This document shows positions 40,440 to 49,418 of a DNA stretch of 64,000 nucleotides, piece after piece. This DNA comes from Candidatus Parcubacteria bacterium. GTDB lineage: Bacteria; Patescibacteriota; Minisyncoccia; UBA6257; 2-01-FULL-56-20. Positions within the stretch are counted from its first letter, which is position 1. Every line of letters starts with the position of its first letter. A program made the translations under genes and the position numbers. The notes beneath the pieces were generated by a model. That model saw only the letters and a program-made list of their open reading frames with translations, was not told the origin of the DNA and ran no database searches. Location of the stretch: NCBI GenBank assembly GCA_027324805.1, contig DAHVRZ010000001.1:136254-200253 (forward strand), written 5' to 3'.

Positions 40440-40636
40440 TAAAAAATCCCCTCGCGGGGTTATACAACTTCTATTGGATTGTAGGCTTATCCTACCACGA
40501 GATGGGTGGAAAAGTCAATGGGATCTTTTCTTTTCCATATCCCCGATATCCCCATGCCCTATAAGCCGCATAAAATATAGCTTTTTACGTGATTATGAAA
40601 AGGCCTGACCTTCATAACGGGCCGGGCGAATATGCC

Positions 40637-40939
40637 TTATGCGGCATACCCCTCGTACTCTTTAGGGAGGGGTATTCGTCGCGCCCGAGCGAAATTTTGC
40701 AGACGCGCAATCGCATCCCCCCGTACCTCTTCGAGTTTATTCATATCCAAATTGGAACCGACCGAAGGAATCCCATCGCGGAGGTCTCTTTCGGCCTCTT
40801 GGAGCACCAATATCGCGTCCATAACCCGTTTTTCGGGGGAATCCTGCGATGGAATAATGAATAATCCGCGCACCTCCTTTATTCTTTTTTCAAGGCTTCC
40901 CGGCGTGAGCGACCGGGTTTGTTTTTCGCTTGTTTCCAC
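40637..40939 (-). CDS. Hypothetical 100-aa protein; coding status uncertain.
   Basis: Non-repetitive composition. On the minus strand a GGGGATTTTTT terminator lies about 170 nt downstream at 40447-40470. Overlapping plus-strand ORFs look less protein-like. Confidence 0.3.
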   Translation of the reverse strand: METSEKQTRSLTPGSLEKRIKEVRGLFIIPSQDSPEKRVMDAILVLQEAERDLRDGIPSVGSNLDMNKLEEVRGDAIARLQNFARARRIPLPKEYEGYAA

Positions 40940-41058
40940 GGCAAATCACTCCCTTCCGCCCTTTAATAAAGGCCTTCTCCCCTCAGTCTAAAGCCGACTT
41001 TCGAAATGTGCCAGACCTTTTAAAAAGCCCAGAAAAGGGTCGTGAGCCGTATAATATT

Positions 41059-41511
41059 ATGAAAAAAAGAGTGGAGATTATGCAAAAAACCGAAAAAACC
41101 AACAATAATCGACATCAGGAAGATGTCTCTTTACGTTCGCTTAAGATCGTGATCGCGGTATTCATTATATTTCTCGTCATTCTGTGCGGCTTGTTGGTGA
41201 GGACGTACTTCGCCCTAAAGAAGGAGCGTCTTGTGAATATAAGAGAGCTTTCGCTCTCGATGTTCATTATAAAACATGGCCCGCTTACAGCGGCCGATGT
41301 GGGCATGATCCGGTCATGGATGACATTTGATTATGTAAATCGCGCTTTTGGGCTTCCTCCCGATTTTCTGAAGACCACGTTCGGCATTGCCGACCCCGGT
41401 TACCCGAAACTCACTCTTTCCCGCTATGCAACAGAGGGGGGATTCAATCAGGCCGAGTTTATGAATTTGATCCAGGCTGCAGTGGCGCATTATCTTGCCG
41501 CGCCGCACTAA
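41059..41511 (+). CDS. Hypothetical membrane-anchored protein.
   Basis: ATG 41059 is immediately preceded by TATAAT. One TM helix (IVIAVFIIFLVILCGLLV). Confidence 0.45.
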   Translation: MKKRVEIMQKTEKTNNNRHQEDVSLRSLKIVIAVFIIFLVILCGLLVRTYFALKKERLVNIRELSLSMFIIKHGPLTAADVGMIRSWMTFDYVNRAFGLPPDFLKTTFGIADPGYPKLTLSRYATEGGFNQAEFMNLIQAAVAHYLAAPH

Positions 41512-41534
41512 CCTTGCCGACGATCATACAGCCC

Positions 41535-42134
41535 ATGGACCCATTTCTCAGCTCGCTGCTCTCCTATATCCTTCTTTACCGCTATATGGCGCTTGCGGTC
41601 GCCGTCTATCTTGGCGCAATGGGTGTGCCACTTCCCGTCAACATCGCCCTTCTTGCACTTGGTGCGTTCGCGAGCCAGGGATATTTCAGCTTCTGGGCGT
41701 CTTTCGCAATCGCGATTGCGGGAAACGTGCTTGGCGATCTCACGGTTTATGGGGTCACGTGGCACTACGGTGATGCTATTGTGAGCTTTCTGCGACTGAG
41801 AAAGGTAAGATTTTTCGTGAATTTGGAAAAGGAGCTCCGATCCGATGCGGCGATCACGGTCTTTATCACACGCTTTGGAAGTGCCATGAGTCCGCTCACC
41901 AATGTTCTTGCCGGAGTTTCCAGGGTGCCATTCTTCACTTTCTTACCCGCCGACATTGCCGGTAACGTGATCGAGCCGTTCGGATGTCTCGCTGTCGGGT
42001 ATACCGTGGGAAGCTATTGGAGCGATTTTTCGGGTGCGGCTGATCTCGTGGGCGCCATCGTCGCCGTAATATCGGTGATTTTCATTCTTGTTCGTATGCA
42101 AAGACGTTTTGTGCGGAAATACGGGAACTCCTGA
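41535..42134 (+). CDS. DedA/VTT-family membrane protein.
   Basis: Multi-TM with the conserved G-x-x-R-F-G-S motif (ITRFGSAMSPL). The track start at 41514 is a TTG; ATG 41535 is preferred. Confidence 0.6.
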   Translation: MDPFLSSLLSYILLYRYMALAVAVYLGAMGVPLPVNIALLALGAFASQGYFSFWASFAIAIAGNVLGDLTVYGVTWHYGDAIVSFLRLRKVRFFVNLEKELRSDAAITVFITRFGSAMSPLTNVLAGVSRVPFFTFLPADIAGNVIEPFGCLAVGYTVGSYWSDFSGAADLVGAIVAVISVIFILVRMQRRFVRKYGNS

Positions 42135-42154
42135 TGGGGCGGCGGGGCCCGCAA

Positions 42155-43075
42155 TCAGTGCAGAATGAATGACGCAATAATACCGATCAACAGACAGTAG
42201 ACGGCAAAAGGAAGGAGGGTGCGCGTACGGAACCACCTGACCAGGATCTTTACCGAGAAGTATGCTCCTACGGCCGCTGCGATCGCTCCGGCAAGGGAAA
42301 GTCCGATGAGCGTACCGCCGGTGTGCAGGAGCTTCGGGAGCTCGAGGAGCGCCGCCGCGCCAATAATGGGCGTTGCAAGAAGGAACGAGAACCGCAGGGA
42401 ATCCTCATGGGATAACCCTTCCCAAAGACTCCCTGCGAAGGTCGAACCGGTGCGAGAGATGCCGGGAATGAGCGCGAGCACTTGGATAAGACCCACTTTT
42501 ATTGCCTGCCACCATGAGAGCTTTGCGATGCGCGCGTCGCCGCCATGTACGGTCTCCTGTGGTGCGACTTCTGTTATCTCGATGCCGCGACGCTTCTCGC
42601 GCCGTTTTCGCGTTATTTCTGCAGCGAGGAGGAGTACGCCGTTCGCAACGAGTACGACGGCCACCGCGCGCGGGTCTATGAAGAGCGCCTCGAGTTTTTT
42701 CTTGAAGAGAAGCCCTACGAGCCCTGCCGGAATCGTTGCGATGACGATGAGCCATGCAAGTTTCGCATATACATCTCCTCCTCCCGCCCCTCCGGCCCCG
42801 CCCTTGATCGGCGCCGATACGAGTTTCCAGTTATCGAGTGAACGGAAAAACGCCCCGATGATCTTCATCCAGTCATTCCAATAGAAGACGAAGAGCACGA
42901 GAGCGGTCGCAAAGTGCGTTGCGACGAGGAACTCGAGCATAGATTCCGCCTTCATATTGAGGTTCCAGCCGAACAGTCCCGGGATGAGAATGCTATGACC
43001 GAGACTCGAGACAGGGAACAATTCCGACACCCCTTGCAAAAGTCCCAAAACGACCGCTTGAAAGTAGGTTATCAT
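42155..43075 (-). CDS. uppP: Undecaprenyl-diphosphate phosphatase.
   Basis: N-terminus MITYFQAVVLGLLQGVSELFPVSSLGHSIL. Eight TM segments. Confidence 0.9.
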   Translation of the reverse strand: MITYFQAVVLGLLQGVSELFPVSSLGHSILIPGLFGWNLNMKAESMLEFLVATHFATALVLFVFYWNDWMKIIGAFFRSLDNWKLVSAPIKGGAGGAGGGDVYAKLAWLIVIATIPAGLVGLLFKKKLEALFIDPRAVAVVLVANGVLLLAAEITRKRREKRRGIEITEVAPQETVHGGDARIAKLSWWQAIKVGLIQVLALIPGISRTGSTFAGSLWEGLSHEDSLRFSFLLATPIIGAAALLELPKLLHTGGTLIGLSLAGAIAAAVGAYFSVKILVRWFRTRTLLPFAVYCLLIGIIASFILH

Positions 43076-43139
43076 AAAAAAATTATATCATAGGAGCATT
43101 CCGGCGTTTTGGAATCGCTTCAAGGTATGATATGATTCC

Positions 43140-43826
43140 TTGGTGATTGTCTTTCAGGGAGTTTCGAAACATTACAGCGACCGCGGGGTTGCGCTCGAAG
43201 ATGTAAGCTTTCAAATAGACCAGGGGGAGTTCGTTTCGCTCGCGGGCCGATCGGGTGCGGGCAAATCAACTATTATAAAACTTCTCATTGGCGAGGAGCG
43301 GCCATCAAAAGGCCGCGTGTTCTTCGGTCAGTATGAAGTGAATAAATTGCAGGACAGCGAACTTCCCGCGTTCAGGCGCCATATCGGCGTCGTTTTCCAG
43401 GATTTTCGTCTTCTTCCGGCAAAAACGGCGTATGAGAACGTAGCGTTCGCGCTTGAAGCGGCGGGCAGGCCGCAACGCGAGATCGCCGACCTTGTGCCGC
43501 AGGTGCTCGATATGGTGGGCCTCGGCGATAAAATGAAAAACTTTCCGAACGAGCTCTCGGGCGGCGAACGGCAGCGCGTTGCGATCGCCCGCGCCATGAT
43601 CCATCGTCCGGAGGTCGTGATTGCCGACGAACCCACGGGGAACCTCGATCCCTTCCATACCTACGAGATCATCAAACTTCTCGAGAAGATAAATGAACTC
43701 GGCACGACGGTGCTTCTTGCCACGCACGATCGCGAAGTTATCAATTCGCTTGAACGACGCGTGGTCACGCTCGATAAAGGCAGGGTCATCCGCGACGAAA
43801 AGAAAGGGAAATATATACTCGTTTAA
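43140..43826 (+). CDS. ftsE: Cell-division ABC ATPase FtsE.
   Basis: Walker A GRSGAGKST, signature LSGGERQRVAIARAM, directly upstream of ftsX. TTG or GTG start. Confidence 0.9.
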   Translation: MVIVFQGVSKHYSDRGVALEDVSFQIDQGEFVSLAGRSGAGKSTIIKLLIGEERPSKGRVFFGQYEVNKLQDSELPAFRRHIGVVFQDFRLLPAKTAYENVAFALEAAGRPQREIADLVPQVLDMVGLGDKMKNFPNELSGGERQRVAIARAMIHRPEVVIADEPTGNLDPFHTYEIIKLLEKINELGTTVLLATHDREVINSLERRVVTLDKGRVIRDEKKGKYILV

Positions 43827-44735
43827 ATGTTCACCATCATTTCGCGTATTTTCCATTTTGGAGCGAAGAACTTTTGGCGGAACGGCTGGCTTTCGACGGC
43901 GACGGTCGCCATTATGACACTCGCCGCCCTGGTTTTCGTGGGATTACTCCTTTTTGGCGTCATCGCGCATGCCGCGGCCAGCGCGATCCAAGATAAGATC
44001 GACATCAGCGTCTATTTCAACACGACGACGAGCGAGGACGAAATATTGAACATTCAGCAGTCGCTCGAAGGTCTTTCGCAGGTGGCGAGTGTTGACTATA
44101 TTTCGCGCGATCAGGCACTCGCAACGTTCCAGCAGAATCATGCGAATGATCAGACGATCAGCCAGGCGATCAACCAGCTCGATACGAATCCGCTCGAGGC
44201 ATCGCTCAATGTGAAAGCAAAGGATCCGAGCCAGTACGCCGCAATCGACCAATATCTTCAGTCCCCCAACCTGTCGCAGTATATCGATTCGATCAGCTAT
44301 TCCCAGAACCAGGACGTCATCAACCGGCTTGCGACGATCATACGTGACGTTAACGTCGGCGGATGGGCGATTATTGTGTTCCTTGCGCTCATTGCCGGAC
44401 TCGTAGTTTTCAATACCATCCGCTTGGCCATTTACTCGAACCGCGACGAGATCGGCATCATGCGTCTCGTGGGCGCGTCAAACAGTCTGGTGCGCGGACC
44501 GTATATTGTCGAAGGCGTGCTGTGGGGCGGGATTGCTGCGGTGTCCTCCCTTATTCTTGTCGCCCCAATCGTTTATTTCGTCTCTCCCTATCTGTCCGCC
44601 TTCATACCGGGACTCGATCTTTTCCAATATTTCCTGACCCATCTTCCGCAATTGTTCCTTTATCAAATCCTTTTTGCCGTAGTGATCGGGGTGTTCTCCA
44701 GCTCGTGGGCAGTGCAAAGGTATCTCAGGAATTAA
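43827..44735 (+). CDS. ftsX: Cell-division permease-like protein FtsX.
   Basis: Four TM segments and a large first periplasmic loop. The start abuts the ftsE stop. Confidence 0.85.
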   Translation: MFTIISRIFHFGAKNFWRNGWLSTATVAIMTLAALVFVGLLLFGVIAHAAASAIQDKIDISVYFNTTTSEDEILNIQQSLEGLSQVASVDYISRDQALATFQQNHANDQTISQAINQLDTNPLEASLNVKAKDPSQYAAIDQYLQSPNLSQYIDSISYSQNQDVINRLATIIRDVNVGGWAIIVFLALIAGLVVFNTIRLAIYSNRDEIGIMRLVGASNSLVRGPYIVEGVLWGGIAAVSSLILVAPIVYFVSPYLSAFIPGLDLFQYFLTHLPQLFLYQILFAVVIGVFSSSWAVQRYLRN

Positions 44736-44791
44736 TTTCCAAACGCCTGCATTCGGGACCCGACCATCGGGACCCGTCATTTTAAAAGAGT

Positions 44792-45772
44792 ATGGATGCC
44801 CCCCTTCCCGAACCTCCCCCGCTTCCGCCGACTCCCGAAGGAACGGGGACCGTGGAACAACCGCAAAAAGCAGTCATCATCCCGAATCTTCAGGCGGCGA
44901 TCGAACGTAAGCGACGCGCGCGGCGCAATCTGATAGTTATCGTTGCGGGCATCATCGTTGTCGCCGTCGCCGCGTGGGGGATCGAGGAATTTTCCTCCAT
45001 CCCGTTCCAAAAGATCGCCGCATTCGAGACGCAAGTGACGAGCGAGGTCCAACAAGCGGCGACAAAGCTTCCGGCGCCGCTCAAATCCACCGATCGTGTG
45101 CCGTCGAAAAGCGCCACCCTCACCGTTGAGGGTGTCATTGCCGACACGAACGCCTCCCGTGCCGCATCGAGCGAGCCGCCGCTCGCGGAGAACGGTACGC
45201 TTGACGACATTGCGACGCTCCGGCTCGACGACATGTTCACCCATCAATATTTTGCGCATGTTTCGCCTTCGGGGGAGAGCGCGATCACGGTCGCCTCGAG
45301 CGTCGGATACAATCATCTTGCACTCGGTGAGAATCTCGCCGAGGGAATGTTTGCCGGGGATCAGGGTCTTGTGGATGCATGGATGGCCTCGCCGGGCCAT
45401 CGGGCGAACATACTCGATACACATTACACTCAGATCGGCGTGGCGGTCCGCAAGGGGATGTTCGCCGGCCAGGAAACGTGGATCGCGGTTCAGGTATTCG
45501 GCAAGCCGACATCCGCATGTCCTCCGGCGCCGGACCCCTCCCTGCAGGCTGCGATCGCGAACGCCGAAACCGCGCTTGCGACGATGAACACGGAGCTCGC
45601 GCTGATGAAAGCGCAGACCGATGCGATGCAACCGCAATCGGGCGTCGCCTACAATGCGCAGGTTTCGCAGTACAATACGCTCGTTGGTCAGTATAATTCC
45701 CTTGCATCACAGACAAAGACAGAAGTTGCCCAATACGACGCCGCTGTCACGGCTTATAACGCCTGTCTTTGA
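44792..45772 (+). CDS. Membrane-anchored CAP/SCP-domain protein (PR-1-like) with a Gln/Tyr-rich C-terminal coiled coil.
   Basis: HYTQIGVAV plus a GENLAEG region typical of the CAP domain. N-terminal TM helix. Confidence 0.7.
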   Translation: MDAPLPEPPPLPPTPEGTGTVEQPQKAVIIPNLQAAIERKRRARRNLIVIVAGIIVVAVAAWGIEEFSSIPFQKIAAFETQVTSEVQQAATKLPAPLKSTDRVPSKSATLTVEGVIADTNASRAASSEPPLAENGTLDDIATLRLDDMFTHQYFAHVSPSGESAITVASSVGYNHLALGENLAEGMFAGDQGLVDAWMASPGHRANILDTHYTQIGVAVRKGMFAGQETWIAVQVFGKPTSACPPAPDPSLQAAIANAETALATMNTELALMKAQTDAMQPQSGVAYNAQVSQYNTLVGQYNSLASQTKTEVAQYDAAVTAYNACL

Positions 45773-45830
45773 TGCGTTGCGGCCGTTTTGCACCGTAGCG
45801 TCTTTCCTTGGAATCGGGTATAACGAATCT

Positions 45831-46568
45831 ATGCATCTCCGCACGGTCATCGAACAGCTTGGATATTCTTCCCATGAAACGACGGTTTATCTTGCCGCGC
45901 TCGAGCTCGGCGGCAGTTCCGCGACCGAGATCGCCGAAAAAGCGAAGATGCCTCGCACGACGGTAAACCTCATTATCCGGCAGCTTCAGAAGAAGGGGCT
46001 TATGAACGCTTTTCTCAAGCGCCGCCGCCGTATCTGGACTGCGGAGAATCCCGAACGGCTCATGATCCTCCTCAAAGAGCGCGAAGCCGCGCTCAAGCTC
46101 GTCCTTCCGGAACTCCAGACGCTTCGGCATGATACCGGAGTGAAGCCGACGGTGCGTACTTACAGCGGCGTCGAGGAGATCAAGCAGATCATGGTGGACA
46201 TCCTCGAGACAAAACATCACATCTCCGCGATCCTCTCCTGGGATCCATGGCTGGAAACGCTCGGCAAACAATGGCTCGATAACTTCACCGAGATGCGCTA
46301 TCGGCGTTTCCTCAAGATCCGCCTCCTTACGCCGCGCACCAAACTTTCCGTGGCGCTCAAACAGCACGATGGCAGCGAGCTTCGCGACACGCAGTTCCTT
46401 CCCGCATCGGTGGAGATCCGCAATTCGAATTATATCTACGGCAATAAGGTGGCGATCATTTCCATGAATACCAAGCGCCCTGTGGGGATACTCATCGAGG
46501 ACGAGGATATCCATCATACGATGGAAGTGCTCTTTGAAGGTCTTTGGCGCGAGAGCGGCGGAGCATAA
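45831..46568 (+). CDS. TrmB-family transcriptional regulator.
   Basis: N-terminal HTH LGYSSHETTVYLAALELGGSSATEIAEKAKMPRTTVNLIIRQLQKKGL. ATG 45831 is preceded by TATAAC; the track start at 45621 overlaps the previous gene. Confidence 0.7.
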   Translation: MHLRTVIEQLGYSSHETTVYLAALELGGSSATEIAEKAKMPRTTVNLIIRQLQKKGLMNAFLKRRRRIWTAENPERLMILLKEREAALKLVLPELQTLRHDTGVKPTVRTYSGVEEIKQIMVDILETKHHISAILSWDPWLETLGKQWLDNFTEMRYRRFLKIRLLTPRTKLSVALKQHDGSELRDTQFLPASVEIRNSNYIYGNKVAIISMNTKRPVGILIEDEDIHHTMEVLFEGLWRESGGA

Positions 46569-46631
46569 CGGGCGGATCTATTCGCGACACATTCGCCGTG
46601 CATCATCCTCCGGATATCGAACGTTCACTAT

Positions 46632-46913
46632 ATGGAATATATCAAACATCATAAGTGGATATGGTTTGCGCTCGCGGCGATCATCGCGCTCGCCTTGCTT
46701 ATGGGCCAGCAATTCCTCATCCTTCGCAAGGCGCACAGCTCGTTCGACGATTACGCCACATTCCGCGGGTGTGAAACGGTCACCGGTCGCACGGCAACAT
46801 CCGGCATCTGCACACTGGCTTCCGGGCAATCAATCACAATCGTAGAAGTAAACGGTCGTTGGTATCTCGAAGGCGATACCCCTCTCCGATGTCCATGGGG
46901 TCTATGCCTCTAA
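46632..46913 (+). CDS. Small membrane-anchored or secreted protein with four cysteines.
   Basis: N-terminal hydrophobic helix, then a Cys-rich portion (CETVTG...C...C..C). Immediately upstream of an ECF sigma gene. Confidence 0.4.
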   Translation: MEYIKHHKWIWFALAAIIALALLMGQQFLILRKAHSSFDDYATFRGCETVTGRTATSGICTLASGQSITIVEVNGRWYLEGDTPLRCPWGLCL

Positions 46914-46976
46914 TATACGTTTTCCGTTGGGCCTTTTAGCGAGCGTTACTTCCGTTGTGTGTCGGCGTAGAGCATA

Positions 46977-47516
46977 ATGAGAGTCAGGATTCTCATGAAC
47001 GACGCAGAGATCATCGCCGCAATACAGGTCGGTGATACCGAACAATTCGGTCTGCTTTATGACGCCTATTTTCAGCGTATATTCGCGTACATTTTTTATC
47101 GTACACGGAACCGCGCTGTGGCGGAGGACCTTGTAAGCACGACGTTCTTCAAGGCCGTGAACGGCATCGGGAAGTTCGATAGCCGGAAAGGGACATTTTC
47201 GGCATGGCTTTATCGGATCGCGCGCAATACGCTCTACGATCATGGCAGGCGGAAGGCGAATGTCGTTCCTATCGAATATGCCGAGAATGTTTCTTCCGGG
47301 GATAATCCCGATAAGACGGTTGCCGACAGGAGGCTCGTTGAAGAAGTGCGGGCCATACTTGCCGACCTTCCCTCGGGACAGCGCGAGATCGTTTCGATGC
47401 GCGCATGGGACGGGCTTTCATATACAGAGATCGCCGAGATCCTCGGAAAGAGCGAAGGGAGCTGCAAAATGGCATTCCATCGCGCGTCTATAAAATTCAG
47501 AACATTGCTTCCATGA
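46977..47516 (+). CDS. ECF (RpoE-like) sigma-70 family sigma factor.
   Basis: Region 2 FAYIFYRTRNRAVAEDLVSTTFFKA and region 4 LPSGQREIVSMRAWDGLSYTEIAEILG. Confidence 0.85.
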   Translation: MRVRILMNDAEIIAAIQVGDTEQFGLLYDAYFQRIFAYIFYRTRNRAVAEDLVSTTFFKAVNGIGKFDSRKGTFSAWLYRIARNTLYDHGRRKANVVPIEYAENVSSGDNPDKTVADRRLVEEVRAILADLPSGQREIVSMRAWDGLSYTEIAEILGKSEGSCKMAFHRASIKFRTLLP

Positions 47517-49042
47517 ACGAACACGATTTGGAAAAAATAATCATGCGATCAAAGCCGGACGCGGAAAGCAGGCCGGAATTCGAAACGGACCTCCGCCGCC
47601 GCCTGCTTCTCGAACTTTCTTCCGTGAAGATACGCAAATCACAACCCATATTTTCAATGACACGCACTTTTCGAATCGTTCTTGGCGGACTTGCCGTTGC
47701 GGCGGTCGCCGCTGCGGTCATAGTTCCGTTCTTTATGCATCGTCAGGGTTCCGGCACGATCGCGCTCCTTGGCACCAGTACTTCCGTTACCCAGGTGGGG
47801 GATGATGCGTTCGGGCCTTTGAACGGACTCGGTACCATCGACACCGGTGGCAATGCCGGCGGTTCCGCCAAGGAAACCGCAACTTCACCGGCATCTTCGG
47901 CGCTGGCACCCGTGGCGGCGAGCCCCATGATGTCCGTGATGGCATCAGGTGCCGAGACTTCAGGATCCGCGGTGTCCGGTTCCGGAACTGCATCGCCCGC
48001 CATTATCGTCAGGCCCATGCCTCCTCTCCGGTTTCCCGCCGTGACATACGTATATAAAGGCGATCCGATCCACCAAGACCAGAGGAAACTCAATGTACTA
48101 AAGTCCATCCCTGTTGCCCTTTCCGCCGATCAGATCACTTCCGTGCTCGCGGGGCTCGGGGGGAACGCCATGAGCATCCCATCTTTCGACGGTGCCCTGG
48201 TCACCAATGTGACACTCTCGGAGAACTCGCATTTCGGGTATACGATCAATGCCGACCTTACGGCGGGAACCTTCTCAATTTATGAAAACTATTCCGAATG
48301 GCCCCAGGATAATGGCTCGCCGCTTACCGCAACAGAAGTGCCTGCGACGGACACCATCATTGGAATAGCCGACGCCTTCCTTGCGGATCACGGCATTTCC
48401 ACAAGCACATACGCCATACCCGAGCTGACGAGACAGATAGGAATCGTCGTTCCGATCGTACGCCCGATGGCCGGTGCGGCAGCGGCAACGAGCGGCAGTT
48501 CCGCCATCGCTTCGATGCCGATGATTCCTTACCGCCCTGACTCGGTCGAAGTACTGTATCCTCTTACCGTGAACGGCATGCGCGTGTATTCATCCTCCGG
48601 CGCCCAGATCGGTCTGCAGGTGACGGTCAATCTGCGGTATGGCAAGGTGTCCGCCGTTTCCGGCCTCGCCGTCACGCAGTACCAATCGTCTGCATATGAT
48701 GCGATCACGGATTCTTCCACGATCATTTCGCTCGCCGAACATCCGTCGGTCTATCCGATCATCTATAACGGAATCATGGGAGTTTCATCCGGCGCAACCG
48801 GCGCAACCGATATCAATCTCGGCACTCCGGCGCTCGCATACGAGGAGGTGTACCAGTCGGATGGGAAAGGAGGGAGCAGCGAGTTCTTTGTTCCAGCGTA
48901 CGTTTTTCCGGAAACCACCGGTCCCAATGCCGGTACCGGCAGCGTGATCGTGCCGCTCGTCGCGTCATTCGAGCAGAACAGCAATGGCGGGGGAGTGATG
49001 AAACCCATGCCCGTACCGCTCGAAGCGCCCGCAGTGAAATAG
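47513..49042 (+). CDS. Membrane protein with a large extracytoplasmic domain; candidate anti-sigma factor partner of the ECF sigma.
   Basis: ATGA start/stop overlap with the sigma gene. A single TM helix near residue 75, then a Ser/Thr/Ala-rich region followed by a non-repetitive 300-aa domain. Confidence 0.5.
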   Translation: MNEHDLEKIIMRSKPDAESRPEFETDLRRRLLLELSSVKIRKSQPIFSMTRTFRIVLGGLAVAAVAAAVIVPFFMHRQGSGTIALLGTSTSVTQVGDDAFGPLNGLGTIDTGGNAGGSAKETATSPASSALAPVAASPMMSVMASGAETSGSAVSGSGTASPAIIVRPMPPLRFPAVTYVYKGDPIHQDQRKLNVLKSIPVALSADQITSVLAGLGGNAMSIPSFDGALVTNVTLSENSHFGYTINADLTAGTFSIYENYSEWPQDNGSPLTATEVPATDTIIGIADAFLADHGISTSTYAIPELTRQIGIVVPIVRPMAGAAAATSGSSAIASMPMIPYRPDSVEVLYPLTVNGMRVYSSSGAQIGLQVTVNLRYGKVSAVSGLAVTQYQSSAYDAITDSSTIISLAEHPSVYPIIYNGIMGVSSGATGATDINLGTPALAYEEVYQSDGKGGSSEFFVPAYVFPETTGPNAGTGSVIVPLVASFEQNSNGGGVMKPMPVPLEAPAVK

Positions 49043-49045
49043 GAG

Positions 49046-49162
49046 ACGAGAGGATGGGCGAAATCGGAATTTCGCCGGAATCGGTTCGCTCGCCGAAAAT
49101 GAAAATATGTTTTCATTTTCTCCTCACTGCCGATTCCCGAACCTTCGGTTCGATCCTCTCGT
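49046..49162 (+). other. Candidate structured RNA (tRNA-like cloverleaf).
   Basis: Folded by eye. Outer stem GACGAGAGGAT/ATCCTCTCGT (49046-55 / 49153-62). Hairpin GGCGAAAT-CGGA-ATTTCGCC (49057-76). AT-rich hairpin GAAAATGAAAA-TATG-TTTTCATTTTC (49095-120). Hairpin CGAACC-TTC-GGTTCG (49138-52). Confidence 0.3.
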
Positions 49163-49170
49163 TCCAACAG

Positions 49171-49210
49171 CTGCTAAAAAGGACACCCGAGGGTGTCCTT
49201 TTTAGCAGTA
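49171..49210. terminator. 40-bp palindrome CTGCTAAAAAGGACACCCGAGGGTGTCCTTTTTAGCAG; bidirectional terminator for the anti-sigma-like gene (+) and tRNA-Ser (-).
   Basis: Perfect inverted repeat, with the hairpin flanked by A5 and T5. Confidence 0.7.
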
Positions 49211-49211
49211 G

Positions 49212-49298
49212 CGGAGACGAGAGGATTCGAACCTCTGAGGGGATTGCTCCCCTAACTCCTTAGCACGGAGCCGCTTTCGACCGCTCAGCCACGTCTCC
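49212..49298 (-). tRNA. tRNA-Ser, anticodon GCT, with a long variable arm.
   Basis: Reverse complement GGAGACGTGGCTGAGCGGTCGAAAGCGGCTCCGTGCTAAGGAGTTAGGGGAGCAATCCCCTCAGAGGTTCGAATCCTCTCGTCTCCG. Anticodon loop GTGCTAA. Confidence 0.85.
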
Positions 49299-49418
49299 AA
49301 TTCTCACGGGTTTGAGTGTACCGCATCCGTGCGATAAATCAAATCGGCATGACCGCAATTGATATTGTTTTTTCTCTGATTTTCTGTTATAATGCGTTGG
49401 AGTTGTGAAAATCTCCTT

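Noticed and set aside
49054-49263. 69-aa plus-strand ORF between the anti-sigma-like gene and infB.
   Set aside because: It runs through a 40-bp palindromic terminator and the tRNA-Ser gene on the opposite strand, so it is non-coding.
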